From Dictyostelium discoideum (taxonomy: Eukaryota), in the NCBI GenBank assembly GCA_000004695.1, contig CM000152.2, positions 3,808,001 to 3,872,000 on the forward strand: a stretch of DNA of 64,000 bases, written 5' to 3'. The position numbers and the translations under genes were made by a program. The notes beneath the pieces were generated by a model. That model saw only the letters and a list, made by a program, of their open reading frames with translations. It ran no database searches and was not told the origin of the DNA. Shown piece by piece: positions 1 to 16,790 of the stretch (positions within the stretch are counted from its first letter, which is position 1; every line of letters starts with the position of its first letter).

Positions 1-340
1 CTACAGTTAGAAGTGTGATAATTAATAATTTTTTTATTTTTTCTTTTTAATTGAAAAGTTAAGTTATATATATTTCATTACTATTTTTAATTGTAAATAA
101 TTTTTTTAATAATAAATTAATTAAAAATATTATATAATATAAAAAATAATCTTTGTTTTTTAATATTATTCCCAATTGCCAGTAAAAAAAAAAAATAAAA
201 AAAAAAAAAAATAAATAAAATTAATTAAATTAAACAATATACATACATTTATTATGATTTTCATTCAATTTTAAATCATGACTGTGAGGTGATTTTTATT
301 TTTAATTGATATTACCTTTTTATCATAATAATTTTATTAG

Positions 341-382
<42 letters not shown>

Positions 383-602
383 AAAAAAATTATGGGGTGT
401 CTATAATTAGAGGATTGATTCTCAAACAAAAAATTTGATTTTTTCCCTTACATCAAGATGTTTTTTTATAATTGGGTGAAACTCAATAATTTAATAATTA
501 AAAAAAAAATAAAAAAAAAATAAAAGTTAGAAAAAAGTGGGAAAATTATATAGTTTTTTTAAAAATAATAAATAAAAATATATATATTTGATTTTATTTT
601 TT

Positions 603-924
603 TTAATTTTTATATTCTTCAATCATTTTAACTATTTCATCAACTATTTCTTTAACTCTTTTTTCTTTTTCTTTTAATTCTTGTTGTTTAATTTCTTCAC
701 TTGGATACTCATAATTCTTTGCAGTATCTATTAATTTTAATAATTCAATATAATCTTTTTCTTTCAATCTTTGTTTTTGTTGTTGGTACTCTTTATTATT
801 TTTTTGATTATTTTTTTCATTTCCCTTTGTTTGTGTTTCATTTATTTCTTGTACATCATCAAATGATATTTCAATTTGAGGGTTTTCTAATTCATTTATT
901 TTTTCAATATTATTGTTAGAAATC

Positions 925-992
<68 letters not shown>

Positions 993-1000
993 TTATTATT
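603..1000 (-). CDS. Possible 3'-terminal coding segment of a K/E-rich protein with an N-proximal poly-Asn run; no start codon found in the window
   Basis: Minus-strand translation is open from the (AAT)n run at ~930-1000 down to a TAA at ~603-605 and ends ...[23 protein letters not shown]. Codon-like K/E composition. A frame slip in the repeat and the missing ATG keep this tentative. Confidence 0.3.
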
Positions 1001-1818
1001 TTTTTTTTTTTTTTTTTTTTTTTAAAGTAAATTAATAAAATTAAAATTAAAGAAAAAATTAGTTAAAAAAAAATAAATAGGAAATTACCATTTAAAATTT
1101 ATTTGTTTGGTTCAGTATCAATTAAAAAAAAATAGTATAAAAGAAAAAAAATAAAAATAAATATTCAAATATACAAGAAAAAAAAAAAAAAAAAAAAAAA
1201 AATTTAAAAATAAATATGCTCATACTCTCTCAACAAAACTACAAAGTGTGTGTGTGTGTGATGTATTAATTTTTGTGTGATTTCATCTCTACATTTCTTG
1301 TTAACATAAATTTATATTATTATTATTATAATAATTTTAAGTAATTATCAACTCTCATTCATTTTTTATTATTTTTAAAATTAATGAATAAAATAAGTGT
1401 AAGTGTGCAATTTTTTATTTTTTTTTTTTTTTTTTTTTTTTATTTTTTTTTTATTTTTTTTTTTTTTTATTACTATAATTTTTATTTTTATTTTTTTCTT
1501 TTATTACTATAATTTTTTAAAAAAAATATTAAAGATTTTTTTTATATTCTTGAGGATTTTAAGTATCATTTTAAACAACTATTTTTGAAATCCATAAGGA
1601 AAAATATCTTTTTAATTATATTTTTTTAATTTTTTTATTTATTATTTTTTTTTTTCAAAAAAAAATATCTTCCTTATCCAAGATATTTTTATTTTTTTAA
1701 AAATATCTGTAATTTTCAATTTTTTTTTTATTTTCAGTATATTTAGTTCCACAAAAATATCATGACGACTGTTGTGGGAAATGATTGATGATAAAAAATA
1801 CCAATGACACCAAAAAAC

Positions 1819-1852
<34 letters not shown>

Positions 1853-1914
1853 TTTACAATATAAATTTCTTTTTTTATTTTTTATTTTTTATTTTTTTAA
1901 ATTATAAAGATACA

Positions 1915-6700
<4,786 letters not shown>

Positions 6701-6958
6701 ACAAAAATTATAATAATAAAAATAAAACCCATTATTTTCATTTATAATATATAAACTTTATATATTATAAATAAAAATAGAAAGTGAAGAAATGGAAACT
6801 AAAAAATTAAAAAAAAAATAAAAATAAAATAATTATGATAAAAACTAGTTATAGTGTTTTTACACTAATGTTTTTTAAATTAATCTGATAAAAAAAAAAA
6901 AAATAAAAAAATTAAAAAAAAAAAACAACTATTTTTATTAATGAATATATATATGCCG

Positions 6959-9323
6959 TTATTGAATAGTTTGTTCAGCAAGAATAATATCACCATCTTT
7001 AATATTTAATGATAAAATTGAATCATTTGTGGTGTATGGTTTACCATTAAATGAGAATTTCAAGTGATTAATATTAATTTTTTCTTTGGTTGCATCCTCC
7101 AATTTATTTAATTTCACTTTTTTATTAACTCTAAAGTGAATAAATTTACATATTGAAGAACCATCACTTGAACGAGTATTTGTTTGAACTTTAATAATAA
7201 TTTCATCATCTATATTAAAACCATTTTCTACCTTTTCTTTTTCTTTTTCTTTTTCATTTTCCTGATTTTTGCTTTCTCTTTCATCATCATTTTCATATTC
7301 TCTTTCTCTTTTTTTTGATGATGGGAATGGGGGTTTAGAAGGTACTGAAGAACTTTGAGTTAAAGAAGGAACCCAAATATCTGAATAATAGCGACTCTTT
7401 TCAAAATATGATTGATACAATTTTAAAGTTCTATTATTATGTATATAAAAAAAAAAAAGTTAATAAAATTAATTTAATTTAAACATATATATATATAATA
7501 TATATATAATTTACATACTTTTGATAATTTATTTCTTTAATATTTAAATCATCAGATGAAAAAGGATCAGTATGAATTTCTACACCTAAAATTTTATGAA
7601 AATTATAATAACTAAATGAATCTAAAACGTGAGAATTCCAAAATGATTCCAAGATTGGTGGTGGTTGTATTGATGATCTTTGAAAAACAAAAACTTGATT
7701 ATGACTAACCTCTTGATCATTCTCTTTAGTTGGTGTATCTTCAAATATCTTTAAAATTAAGAATCTAACATACTCTGAAGCTAAACTAAATCCAAATTTA
7801 TCTAAATTCGATCTACAAATAAGTGGATAAAAATTAAAACTATTCATTACTCTTGTTTCATAACTTCTAATATTTAATCTAATTTTTCTTCTTATTATTT
7901 CAATTTCATCATTAATTAAATTATTATCATTCATTTCATCATCTTGAATAAAATTTAATACTGATTGTGGTTTTTTTGAAAAAAGTATACTTTTTTTTTC
8001 ATCTTCATATTCATTTACATTTTCTTTTTCTTTTTCATTTTCTTTTTCTTTTTCTTTTTCTTTTTCATTTTCTTTTTCTTTTTCTTTTTCTTTTTCTTTT
8101 TCTTTTTCTTTTTCTTTTTCTTTTTCTTTTTCTATTTCTATTTCTATTTCTTTTTGTTTTTGTTTTTGTTTTTCATCTATTATTGAAGACGATTTTTGTG
8201 TTGGCTCTGTTGTAGTTGAAGTTGTTGTTTTTTTGGTTGGTGTAAGTTTATTTTTTTTGTCGTTACTTGGTACTCGAATAGTGAGAACATTATTTCTTGT
8301 TATTATTTCTTTATTTTCACTTTTATTATCCACTTTATCATATTGATTATTATTTATTGGTATTGGTGTTGATGTTGTTGTCGATGATAATAATGATGAT
8401 AATGGTAATGATTCTTTCGATGTGGATGTTGATTTTAATGATGTTGTTGATGTTGATGTTGATGTTGATGTTGATGTTGATGTTGATGTTGATGTTGATG
8501 TTGATGTTGATGTTGATGTTGATGTTGATATTGATGTTGATCTAGGTGTTGATCTAGATGTTGATGTTGATGGTGTTGATGTTGATGGTGTTGTTGATGT
8601 TGATGGTGTTGATGTTGATGGCGTTGTTGATGGCATTGGTGTTGTTGATTTTGATGGTGTTGTCGATTTTGATGGTGATTTTGATGGTGTTGATTTTGAT
8701 GGTGATTTTGATGGTGTTGGTGGTGCTCCATATTCTTTTAATGTAATATAAAATGTTCTAAAATGCATGTGAGCACTAACAAATTCATTTGGAAAACTTT
8801 TTAAAACCCCTTCAATACTTTCTAAATTATCAGAGAATAATGATGTTTTAATATTTAATATATCATTATGTGTTGCTATATATGTTTGAATATCATAAGC
8901 ATTGAAATAATTTAAATAGACTTCATTAAGCGCTAATTTTCTTTCCGTAATTGGAAATTTATAAGTCTCATTTAAATGAGCTTGGATCTTTATTAAATTT
9001 AAAATCGTAAATTTTACAATATCTTTAAATTGTGACTTATTTGTTGGTATCTCCACATTGTTATTATTTGATTTTTGTTGTTTTTGACAAAGATAACATA
9101 TACATTGTGTTGATTCAAATTTTGTTAACAAAAGTAGTTCTTTAATTTTGTAAATGTGAAAAGCTCTTGATTGTTCTCTTAATTTTATCTTATTACTAAC
9201 TGCAATTTGATGTAATTCTGTTATTGGTAATCCTTCTAATATCCTTGAATTATGTGTATAAAGTGATTTTTCACTTGATTTAACGCTAAATTTTATAATT
9301 ATATCTTGACTCGCTTTCTCCAT
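6959..9323 (-). CDS. Low-complexity nuclear-type protein with a C-terminal SUMO-like (Rad60/Esc2/NIP45-type) domain; probable join(6959..7396,7518..9323), ~748 aa
   Basis: ATG at 9323 (MEKASQDIIIKF...). Long TPSKS/STSTST/EKEK arrays. The 3' ORF ends with a ubiquitin-fold pattern IIIKVQTNTRSSDGSSICKFIHFRVNKKVKLNKLEDATKEKININHLKFSFNGKPYTTNDSILSLNIKDGDIILAEQ, SUMO-like and without a GG tail. The upstream ORF runs into a GTATGT donor after ...YQK, and the 3' ORF has no ATG of its own. The AAAG acceptor at 7397 is weak, so the junction is uncertain. Confidence 0.5.
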
Positions 9324-9361
9324 TTTATCTCCTTTTTATTTAAATTTTCTTTTTTTTTTTT

Positions 9362-9475
9362 TTTCTATGTTTTTGTTTTTGTTTTTGTTTTTGTTTTTGT
9401 TTTGTTTTTGTTTTTGTTTTTGTTTTTGTTTTTGTTTTTGTTTTTGTTTTTGTTTTTGTTTTTGTTTTTGTTTTT
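9362..9475. repeat. (GTTTTT)n hexanucleotide microsatellite, ~19 units, in the 5' flank of the minus-strand gene
   Basis: Direct reading of gtttttgtttttg... Confidence 0.9.
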
Positions 9476-9593
9476 TCAATTTAGGTTGTATATATAAACA
9501 AATAAAAAATACACATAAACAAAAATAAACAATAATATTAATAGAATTTAAAATTACAAAAAATAAAATAAATAAAAAAAAAATTGTTTTGGG

Positions 9594-9627
<34 letters not shown>

Positions 9628-10141
9628 CAAAAAAAAAAAAAACAAAAATCTTTTTGATTTTTTTTTTTTTCCCTAAAAATAGCGAATTACAGATAGTATG
9701 AGTTTCATTAAAACTTCAAAAGTTTAAAAAAATTGTAAACTAATTTTTTTTTTTTTTTTTTCCATTTGCAAAATTGATTTTTTTTTTTTTTTATCCATTT
9801 GCAAAACTGATTTTTTTTTTTTTTTTTTTCCCATATTCAACACTTGCCTGCACCCGAGATTCTATCTTTTAAAAATTAATTTCCCACAAACAAAACAAAA
9901 TCTCAAATTTAAAATTAAAAAAAAAAAAAATAAATAAAAAAAAAATAAATAAATAAATAAATAAATAAAATTTTAAATTTTATAAATAGATAAATGAAAA
10001 TAAAATAAAAGATTATTTTTAATAAAAAAAAAAAATTTTAATGGGTGCGATTTTTATTTTAAATAATTTATTATTACAATTGAAGTAATATTTAAAGTAT
10101 ATATATTATGTATATTATATATGTGTGTATATATTATATTA

Positions 10142-10512
10142 TCAACTACATGAACCTCCTGAACCTTTACCACCATGACCATGTGGTCCATGACCATGAC
10201 CATGATTATGTGATCCGCCTTTTCCTCCACAACTACCACCACTTGATTTAGCTCCACCGGTTAAATCACCACAACCACCACTACCACTACCACTACCACT
10301 ACCACAACTACCACTACCAACACTACATGCAATTGAATTTGAACCCATACTTGTTCCAATACCAAATGATGCCAAACTAGATTTTGAACTTGTCATTGAA
10401 CTTGACATTGATGAGATTGATGCTAATAATTTATTAATTTAATTAGTATTTAATTTATTTTTAAAAAAAAAAGGCAAATAAAATTTTTTATATACTTACA
10501 AAAGAGTGTCAT
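10142..10512 (-). CDS. hssA/B-like (2C/7E family) small Gly/Ser/Cys/His-rich protein, copy 1, 97 aa: join(10142..10422,10500..10512)
   Basis: A 13-nt first exon ATGACACTCTTTT is followed by GTAAGT. The 77-bp intron ends TTATTAG. The second exon reads in frame: [97 protein letters not shown]. The MTLFSSISS... start, NSIAC and DLTGG motifs match my memory of Dictyostelium HssA/B-like proteins. Confidence 0.65.
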
Positions 10513-11093
10513 TTTATTTTATTTTTTAAAATTTAATTTTAATTTGATTTGATTTGATTTATTTATATTATAATTCGTTTAATGAAAAAAAAAAAAAAGA
10601 ATAACTTTAAATTTATACTTTTTTTTTAAAGAATATTAAATCAAATCTCTTTTTTAAAAAATTATTCTTTTGTAAACTAACCAATTTTTTACAAATGTCA
10701 AAGTCTAAAAGGTTACCACAAAATTCAAATAAAGAATACATGGTTTAGTTTTTTCATTTATTTTTGTAAATATTCATTTTTTGACAGATTATACAAAAAC
10801 GGATAAAAATATATAAAATTGAAATTTCTAATTGATAAACAAATTTGTTTTTATTCAGATATAACACATCCCACAATTTTTATTAAATATTAAATAATTT
10901 ATGGTGGTAATGAAATAATAAAAAATAAACCCATAGAATATATAACAATACCCACATTTCAATTAATTTTAATTTTAACCTAAAAATAATATTCATGACC
11001 AACTTACAATTCAATTTTAATTTTATTTTGAAAAACATAACAACAAACCATTTGTATAATTTTAATTTTTTTATTAATAATAGAATCAAAAGG

Positions 11094-11131
<38 letters not shown>

Positions 11132-11175
11132 TATATTATATTAAATCTTTAATTTTATTGGTTTTAATTCATTTT

Positions 11176-11640
11176 TAGTTTTTTTTGATTTCTAATTATT
11201 TTTTATAAATGATATCATCTTCTTTTCAAAATGCCATAGTGCATAGATAAATCTTTCCTTTCTCTGACATTTGATTCGAATTGATTCATTTTATTTGTTT
11301 AGAAATAATATTAATATGATGATGATCAACCTTTCTTTATGATATAGTGCATAGATAAATCTTTCCTTTCTCTATCATTTTAATGGTATTGATTCATATA
11401 TTATCTAGATTATAATTGAATTTTAACCATTTTTAATTGGTAAAATTACTCTATAAAAAAAAATAATAAAGTTAGATTAAAATTGTTATTTTTTTATTTA
11501 TTAATTTTTTTTTATGGCTTTACCTTTTTTATATTTTTAAAGTATCAATCAACTATTATCTAAACCTTTTTAATTGTTAGAGTTAGATTTATTTTATATT
11601 TGTTATTTTTTTTTTACATTTGTATAAATGATTTTTTCAA
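11176..11640. repeat. Copy of the dispersed ~0.45 kb repeat family, in tandem unit 1. It contains two ~35-bp core motifs ATAGTGCATAGATAAATCTTTCCTTTCTCT(G/A)NCATTTGATT
   Basis: Shares long identical stretches (GATATCATCTTCTTTTCAAAATGCCATAGTGCATAGATAAATCTTTCC..., TTTGGTAAAATTACTCTATAAAAAA..AATAATAAAGTTAGATTAAAATTG) with 13296-13760, 15125-15660 and 31298-31850. Confidence 0.8.
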
Positions 11641-11710
11641 AAAACTTTCTATTTATACTCGATCATTTATCATAATAAAATTTAATTTTTATTTTTAGAT
11701 TTATTTATAA

Positions 11711-11760
<50 letters not shown>

Positions 11761-11785
11761 TGGTTAATCAACTAGAAAAATAAAA

Positions 11786-11792
11786 AAATTAA

Positions 11793-11831
<39 letters not shown>

Positions 11832-11880
11832 CTAAATAAATAAATAAACAAATAAATAAACAAATGAATTAATAAATAAA
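11786..11880. repeat. (AAAT)n microsatellite, specific to tandem unit 1
   Basis: Direct reading. It accounts for part of the length difference between units. Confidence 0.85.
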
Positions 11881-12211
11881 AAATAATAAATAATAAATTT
11901 CAGTATCAAGGTTCAAATTCTGTAGTAAATCTTAAGAGTACTACTGGTGAAAGGATTGATCAAGTTTAGGAAGAAGTTGATAATTATTTAATACAGGATT
12001 AAAATAATTTTTAAAATTCCCAAATAAACAAGATTTAATGGTGCAATGAAATAGTACATTTTTAAATTTAATATATAGATAATTAAAAATAAAAATAAAA
12101 TATTATTTTGAAAAAAAAAAAAAATTAAAATAGGAGCGATTTTTATTTTAAATAATTTATTATTACAATTGAAGTAATATTTAAAGTATATATATGTGTG
12201 TATATATTATA

Positions 12212-12578
12212 TTAACAACTACATGAACCTCCTGAACCTTTACCACCATGACCATGTGGTCCATGACCATTACCATGGCCATGATTATGAGGTCCACCTT
12301 TTCCTCCACAACTACCACCACTTGATTTAGCTCCACCGGTTAAATCACCACAACCACCACTACCACTACCACAACCACCACCACCACTACCGACACTACA
12401 TGCAATTGAATTTGAACCCATACTTGTTCCACTACCAAATGATGAGAAACTAGATCTTGAGCTTGTCATTGAACTTGACATTGATGAGATTGATGCTAAT
12501 AATTTATTAATTTAATTAGTAATTTAAAAAAAAAAAAAAGTAAATAAAATTTTTTAAAAACTTACAAAAGAGTGTCAT
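12212..12578 (-). CDS. hssA/B-like small Gly/Ser-rich protein, copy 2: join(12212..12495,12566..12578)
   Basis: Same 2-exon structure as copy 1 (MTLF | [55 protein letters not shown]...[21 protein letters not shown]). The upstream (GATTT)n pentamer run is conserved. Confidence 0.65.
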
Positions 12579-12720
12579 TTTATTTTATTTATTTTATTTT
12601 GATTTGATTTGATTTATTTTATATTTGGTATTTTAATAATTAGTTTAATGGAAAAAAAATTAAAAATAACTTTTAATTTATACTTTTTTTTTTTTTTTTT
12701 TAAGAATATTAAATCAAATC

Positions 12721-12767
<47 letters not shown>

Positions 12768-13295
12768 ATTTTAATTATTCTTATTTGTAAATAAACCAAT
12801 TTTTTACAAATGTCAAAGTCAAAAAGGTTACCACAAAATTCAAATAAAACAAAAAACTTGGTTTTATTATTTTATTTATTTTGTAAATATTCATTTTTTG
12901 ACAGATTATACAAAAACGGATAAAAATATATAAAATTGAAATTTCTAATTGATAAACAAATTAGTTTTTATTCAAATATACCACATCCCACAATTTTTAT
13001 TAAATATTAAATAATTTATGGTGGTAATGAAATAATAAAAAATAAACCCATAGAATATATAACAATACCCCCATTTCAATTAATTTTAATTTTAACCTAA
13101 AAATAATATTCATGACCAACTTACAATTCAATTTTAATTTTATTTTGAAAAACATAACAACAAACCATTTGTATAATTTTAATTTTTTTATTAATAATAG
13201 AATCAAAAGAAAATTTAAAAAAAAAAAAAATAAAATAAAATTTATTTTATTTTATTAAACCTTTTTAATTTAATTATTGAGTTTTATTTTATTTT

Positions 13296-13760
13296 TAGTT
13301 TTTGATTTCTAATTTTTTATTTAAAAATGACATCATCTTCTTTTCAAAATGCCATAGTTCATAGATAAATCTTTCCTTTATCTGACATTTGATTTGAATT
13401 GATTCATTTTATTTGTTTAGAAATAATATTAATATGATGATGATCAACCTTTCTTTATGATATAGTGCATAGATAAATCTTTCCTTTCTATCATTTTAAT
13501 GGTTTTGATTCATATATTATATTTTCTAGATTATAATATAAACCATTTTTATTAGGTAAAATTACTCTATAAAAAATAATAATAAAGTTAGATTTAAATT
13601 GTTATTTATTTTTTTATTTTATTTTTTTTATTTTACATTTTTTTATATTTTAAACTATCAATGAACTATTATCTAAACCTTTTTAATTGTTAGAGTTAGA
13701 TTTATTTTCTATTTGTTATTTTTTTTTTTACATTTGTATAAATGATTATTTTTTTTTTTT
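13296..13760. repeat. Copy of the dispersed repeat, in tandem unit 2
   Basis: Same motifs as 11176-11640. Confidence 0.8.
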
Positions 13761-14027
13761 TTTTACTGGTGAAAGGATTGATCAAGTTTAGGAAGAAGTT
13801 AATAAATATTTAATACAGAATTAAAATAATTTTTAATATTCCCAAATAAACAAGATTTAATGGTGCAATGAAATAGTACTTTTTTTAATTTTAATATATA
13901 GATAAATAAAAATAAAAATAAAATATTATTTTTAAAAAAAAATTTAAATAGGAGCGATTTTTATTTTAAATAATTTATTATTACAATTGAAGTAATATTT
14001 AAAGTATATATATGTGTATATATTATA

Positions 14028-14398
14028 TTAACAACTACATGAACCTCCTGAACCTTTACCACCATGACCATGTGGTCCATGACCATGTCCATGACCATGA
14101 TTATGAGATCCACCTTTTCCTCCACAACTACCACCACTTGATTTAGCTCCACCGGTTAAATCACCACAACCACCACTACCACTACCACTACCACAACTAC
14201 CACTACCTACACTACATGCAATTGAATTTGAACCCATACTTGTTCCACTACCAAATGATGCGATACTTGATCTTGAACTTGTCATAGAGCTTGACATTGA
14301 TGAGATTGATGCTAATAATTTAATAAATTAATTAGTAATTAAATTATTTAAAAAAAAAAAGGTAAACAAAATTTTATATACTTACAAAAGAGTGTCAT
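14028..14398 (-). CDS. hssA/B-like small Gly/Ser-rich protein, copy 3: join(14028..14311,14386..14398)
   Basis: Same structure (MTLF | [55 protein letters not shown]...). GTAAGT donor at 14385..14380. Acceptor CTAATAA on the plus strand. Confidence 0.65.
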
Positions 14399-14526
14399 TT
14401 TATTTTTTAAAATTTTATTTTAATTTGATTTGATTTGATTTCTTTATTTTAAAAATTCGTTTAATGAAAATAAAAAAAAGATAAACATTTAATTTATACT
14501 TTTTTTTAAGAATATTAAATCAAATC

Positions 14527-14564
<38 letters not shown>

Positions 14565-15124
14565 TTCTAATTGTAAATTAACCAATTTTTTACAAATGTC
14601 AAAGTCAAAAAGGTTACCACAATATTCAAATAAAACAAAATACTTTGTTTAGTTATTTTATTTATTTTTGTAAATATTCGTTTTTGACAGATTATACAAA
14701 AACGGATAAAAATATATAAAATTGAAATTTCTAATTGATAAACAAATTAGTTTTTATTCAACGAAACCACATCCCAAAATTTTTATTAAATATTAAATAA
14801 TTAAATAATTTATGGTGGTAATGGAATAATAAAAATAAACCCATAGAAAATATAACAATACCCCCATTCCAATTAATTTTAATTTTAACCTAAAAATAAT
14901 ATTAATGACCAACTTACTATTCAATTTTAATTTTATTTTGAAAAACATAAAAACAAACCATTTGTATAATTTTAATTTTTTATTAATAGATATTTTAATT
15001 TTTTAATAGATATTTTAGAATTAAAAAGAAATAGTTTTTTAAATTAATTTAATTGATATTTTAAACAATAATGAAAAAAAAAAAACATATTTTATTAAAC
15101 CTTTTTAATTTTTTATTTTATTTT

Positions 15125-15447
15125 TAGTTTTATTTGATTTCTAATTATTTATTTATAAAATGATATCATCTTCTTTTCAAAATGCCATAGTGCATAGATA
15201 AATCTTTCCTTTCTCTGACATTTGATTAGAATTGATTCATTTTATTTGTTTAGAAATAATATTTAAATGATCAACCTTTCTTCATGATTTAGTGCATAGA
15301 TAAATCTTTCCTTTCTCTATCATTTGATTGGTATTGATATTATCTAGATTATAATTGAAAGTAAACCATTTTTATTTGGTAAAATTACTATAAAAAAATA
15401 ATATTAAAGTTAGATTTAAATTGTTATTTATTTATTTATTTATATAT

Positions 15448-15512
<65 letters not shown>

Positions 15513-15660
15513 TTTTTTTAATAACTTTACCTTTTTTTATTATATTTTTAACTGTCTATCAACTTTTATCTAAACCTTTTTAATTGTTAGAGTTAGATTT
15601 ATTTTCTATTTGTTATTTTTTTTTTTACATTTGTATAAATGATTATTTTTTTTTTTTTTC
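15125..15660. repeat. Copy of the dispersed repeat, in tandem unit 3, including an (ATTT)n tract at 15421..15510
   Basis: Same motifs as 11176-11640, plus an (ATTT)~22 expansion. Confidence 0.8.
15421..15510. repeat. (ATTT)n microsatellite, ~22 units
   Basis: Direct reading. Confidence 0.9.
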
Positions 15661-15988
15661 AAAAAACTTTCTATTTAAACTCTATCATTTATCAATTTTT
15701 TAAATTATTTGAAATTAAAAAAAGGAAATTTTACTATTTAAAGTAAAATCCAATAGCCAAAGAGAAAATTTCCATATCTGGAAATATTCAAAATAAGAAA
15801 ATGGTAAAAGGGTAATTTAATATATTCTTAGTTTCTTAATAAAATGTAATTTTTATTTTTAGATTTATTAAAAAAAAAATAAAAAAATAAAAAAAAAAAA
15901 AAAAAATATGATAACATATTTTATGATTATTTGTTTGAGAAATAAAATAATAAAAAATCACAAATAAAAAGAATTCTTAATTTATTTT

Positions 15989-16020
<32 letters not shown>

Positions 16021-16494
16021 AAAATGATTAAAAAGTGTTTTTTTTTTTTTTTTTATTTGTGTCACAATAAAAGTTTAAAATAAATGCTTAAAAATAATTA
16101 TATTTAAATAGTTTTAAAGTTTTAAATGCAAAACTTTAAATTTTTTTTATTTTTATTTTTTTTTTATTTATATATATTTAAATAATTAATAAAAAAAAAA
16201 TAAAAAAATGATCATTTTAGGTTTATTTCTAATTTTGGTTCATCTTTTTTTTTTTTTTTGGTACAATAAAACTTGTTACTGAACATACTGAAAGAACTTT
16301 GATGAGCCAATGGATGATTCGTAAAGTAGTAATCGATTAATATCCAATACCTATACTTTAGAGTGTGTTTTCTATCTCTTTGCTTTTTTTTTTTTTGATT
16401 TTTTTTTTTTTTTAATTTTTTTTTTTTTTTTGATTTTTTTTTTTTTTTTTTTTTTAATTACTATTTAATATCTAAAAATATAATAAAGCATTAA

Positions 16495-16752
16495 TTAATT
16501 CTCTTCATTTTCCCATTCTTCAGCTAATATTGCAACTAAATCTGGTAAAGGTACTCTTTTTGAGAAAACACCACCCCTATTTAAAAATTCTTCAGTAATT
16601 GTAACAGCATCTACTGATTTATATTTATTTACTGCACAATTTGGATTAGATGAAATAGCATCTCTCCATTTTTGATTAATTTTTTTCCAATTTTCAAATC
16701 CTAAAAAAAAAAAAAATTAGTTATTTTACTTGTTTGATTTTTCATCCCAACC

Positions 16753-16790
<38 letters not shown>

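Larger units (their letters stand above)
10043..15900. repeat. Segmental tandem array of 3 units (~10043-12133, 12134-13951, 13952-~15900). Each unit holds one hssA/B-like gene plus one internal dispersed-repeat element
   Basis: The landmark GG(T/A)GCGATTTTTATTTTAAATAATTTATTATTACAATTGAAGTAATATTTAAAG recurs at 10043, 12134 and 13952. Three near-identical minus-strand ORFs and two identical AT-rich pseudo-ORFs (10883..11089, 13000..13206) recur with the unit. Length differences come from an (AAAT)n insertion in unit 1 and an (ATTT)n tract in unit 3. Confidence 0.85.

Noticed and set aside
7967-8751. Cluster of ORF-track entries (7967-8215+, 8297-8545+, 8422-8751+, 8558-8746+, 8435-8731-) with poly-LF, poly-ML, poly-VD and poly-HQ products
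   Set aside because: All are alternate-frame or opposite-strand readings of the perfect hexanucleotide arrays inside the minus-strand SUMO-like-domain gene. They are not independent genes.
10883-11089. Identical 68-aa minus-strand ORFs (also 13000-13206) inside the tandem units (MILLLIKKLKLYKWF...)
   Set aside because: They have an AT-rich junk composition (K/L/I/F only). Their identity is explained by the segmental duplication, not by selection on a protein.
11207-11330. Possible tRNA or other small structured RNA in the dispersed repeat core (contains TTCGAAT)
   Set aside because: It has no cloverleaf potential, GC content is too low, and there is no A/B-box arrangement. I treat it as a repeat motif only.
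16108-16135. 11-bp perfect inverted repeat TTTAAAGTTTT-AAATGC-AAAACTTTAAA
   Set aside because: It is a pure A/T palindrome in a genome that is over 78% AT. It could easily arise by chance and has no supporting context.
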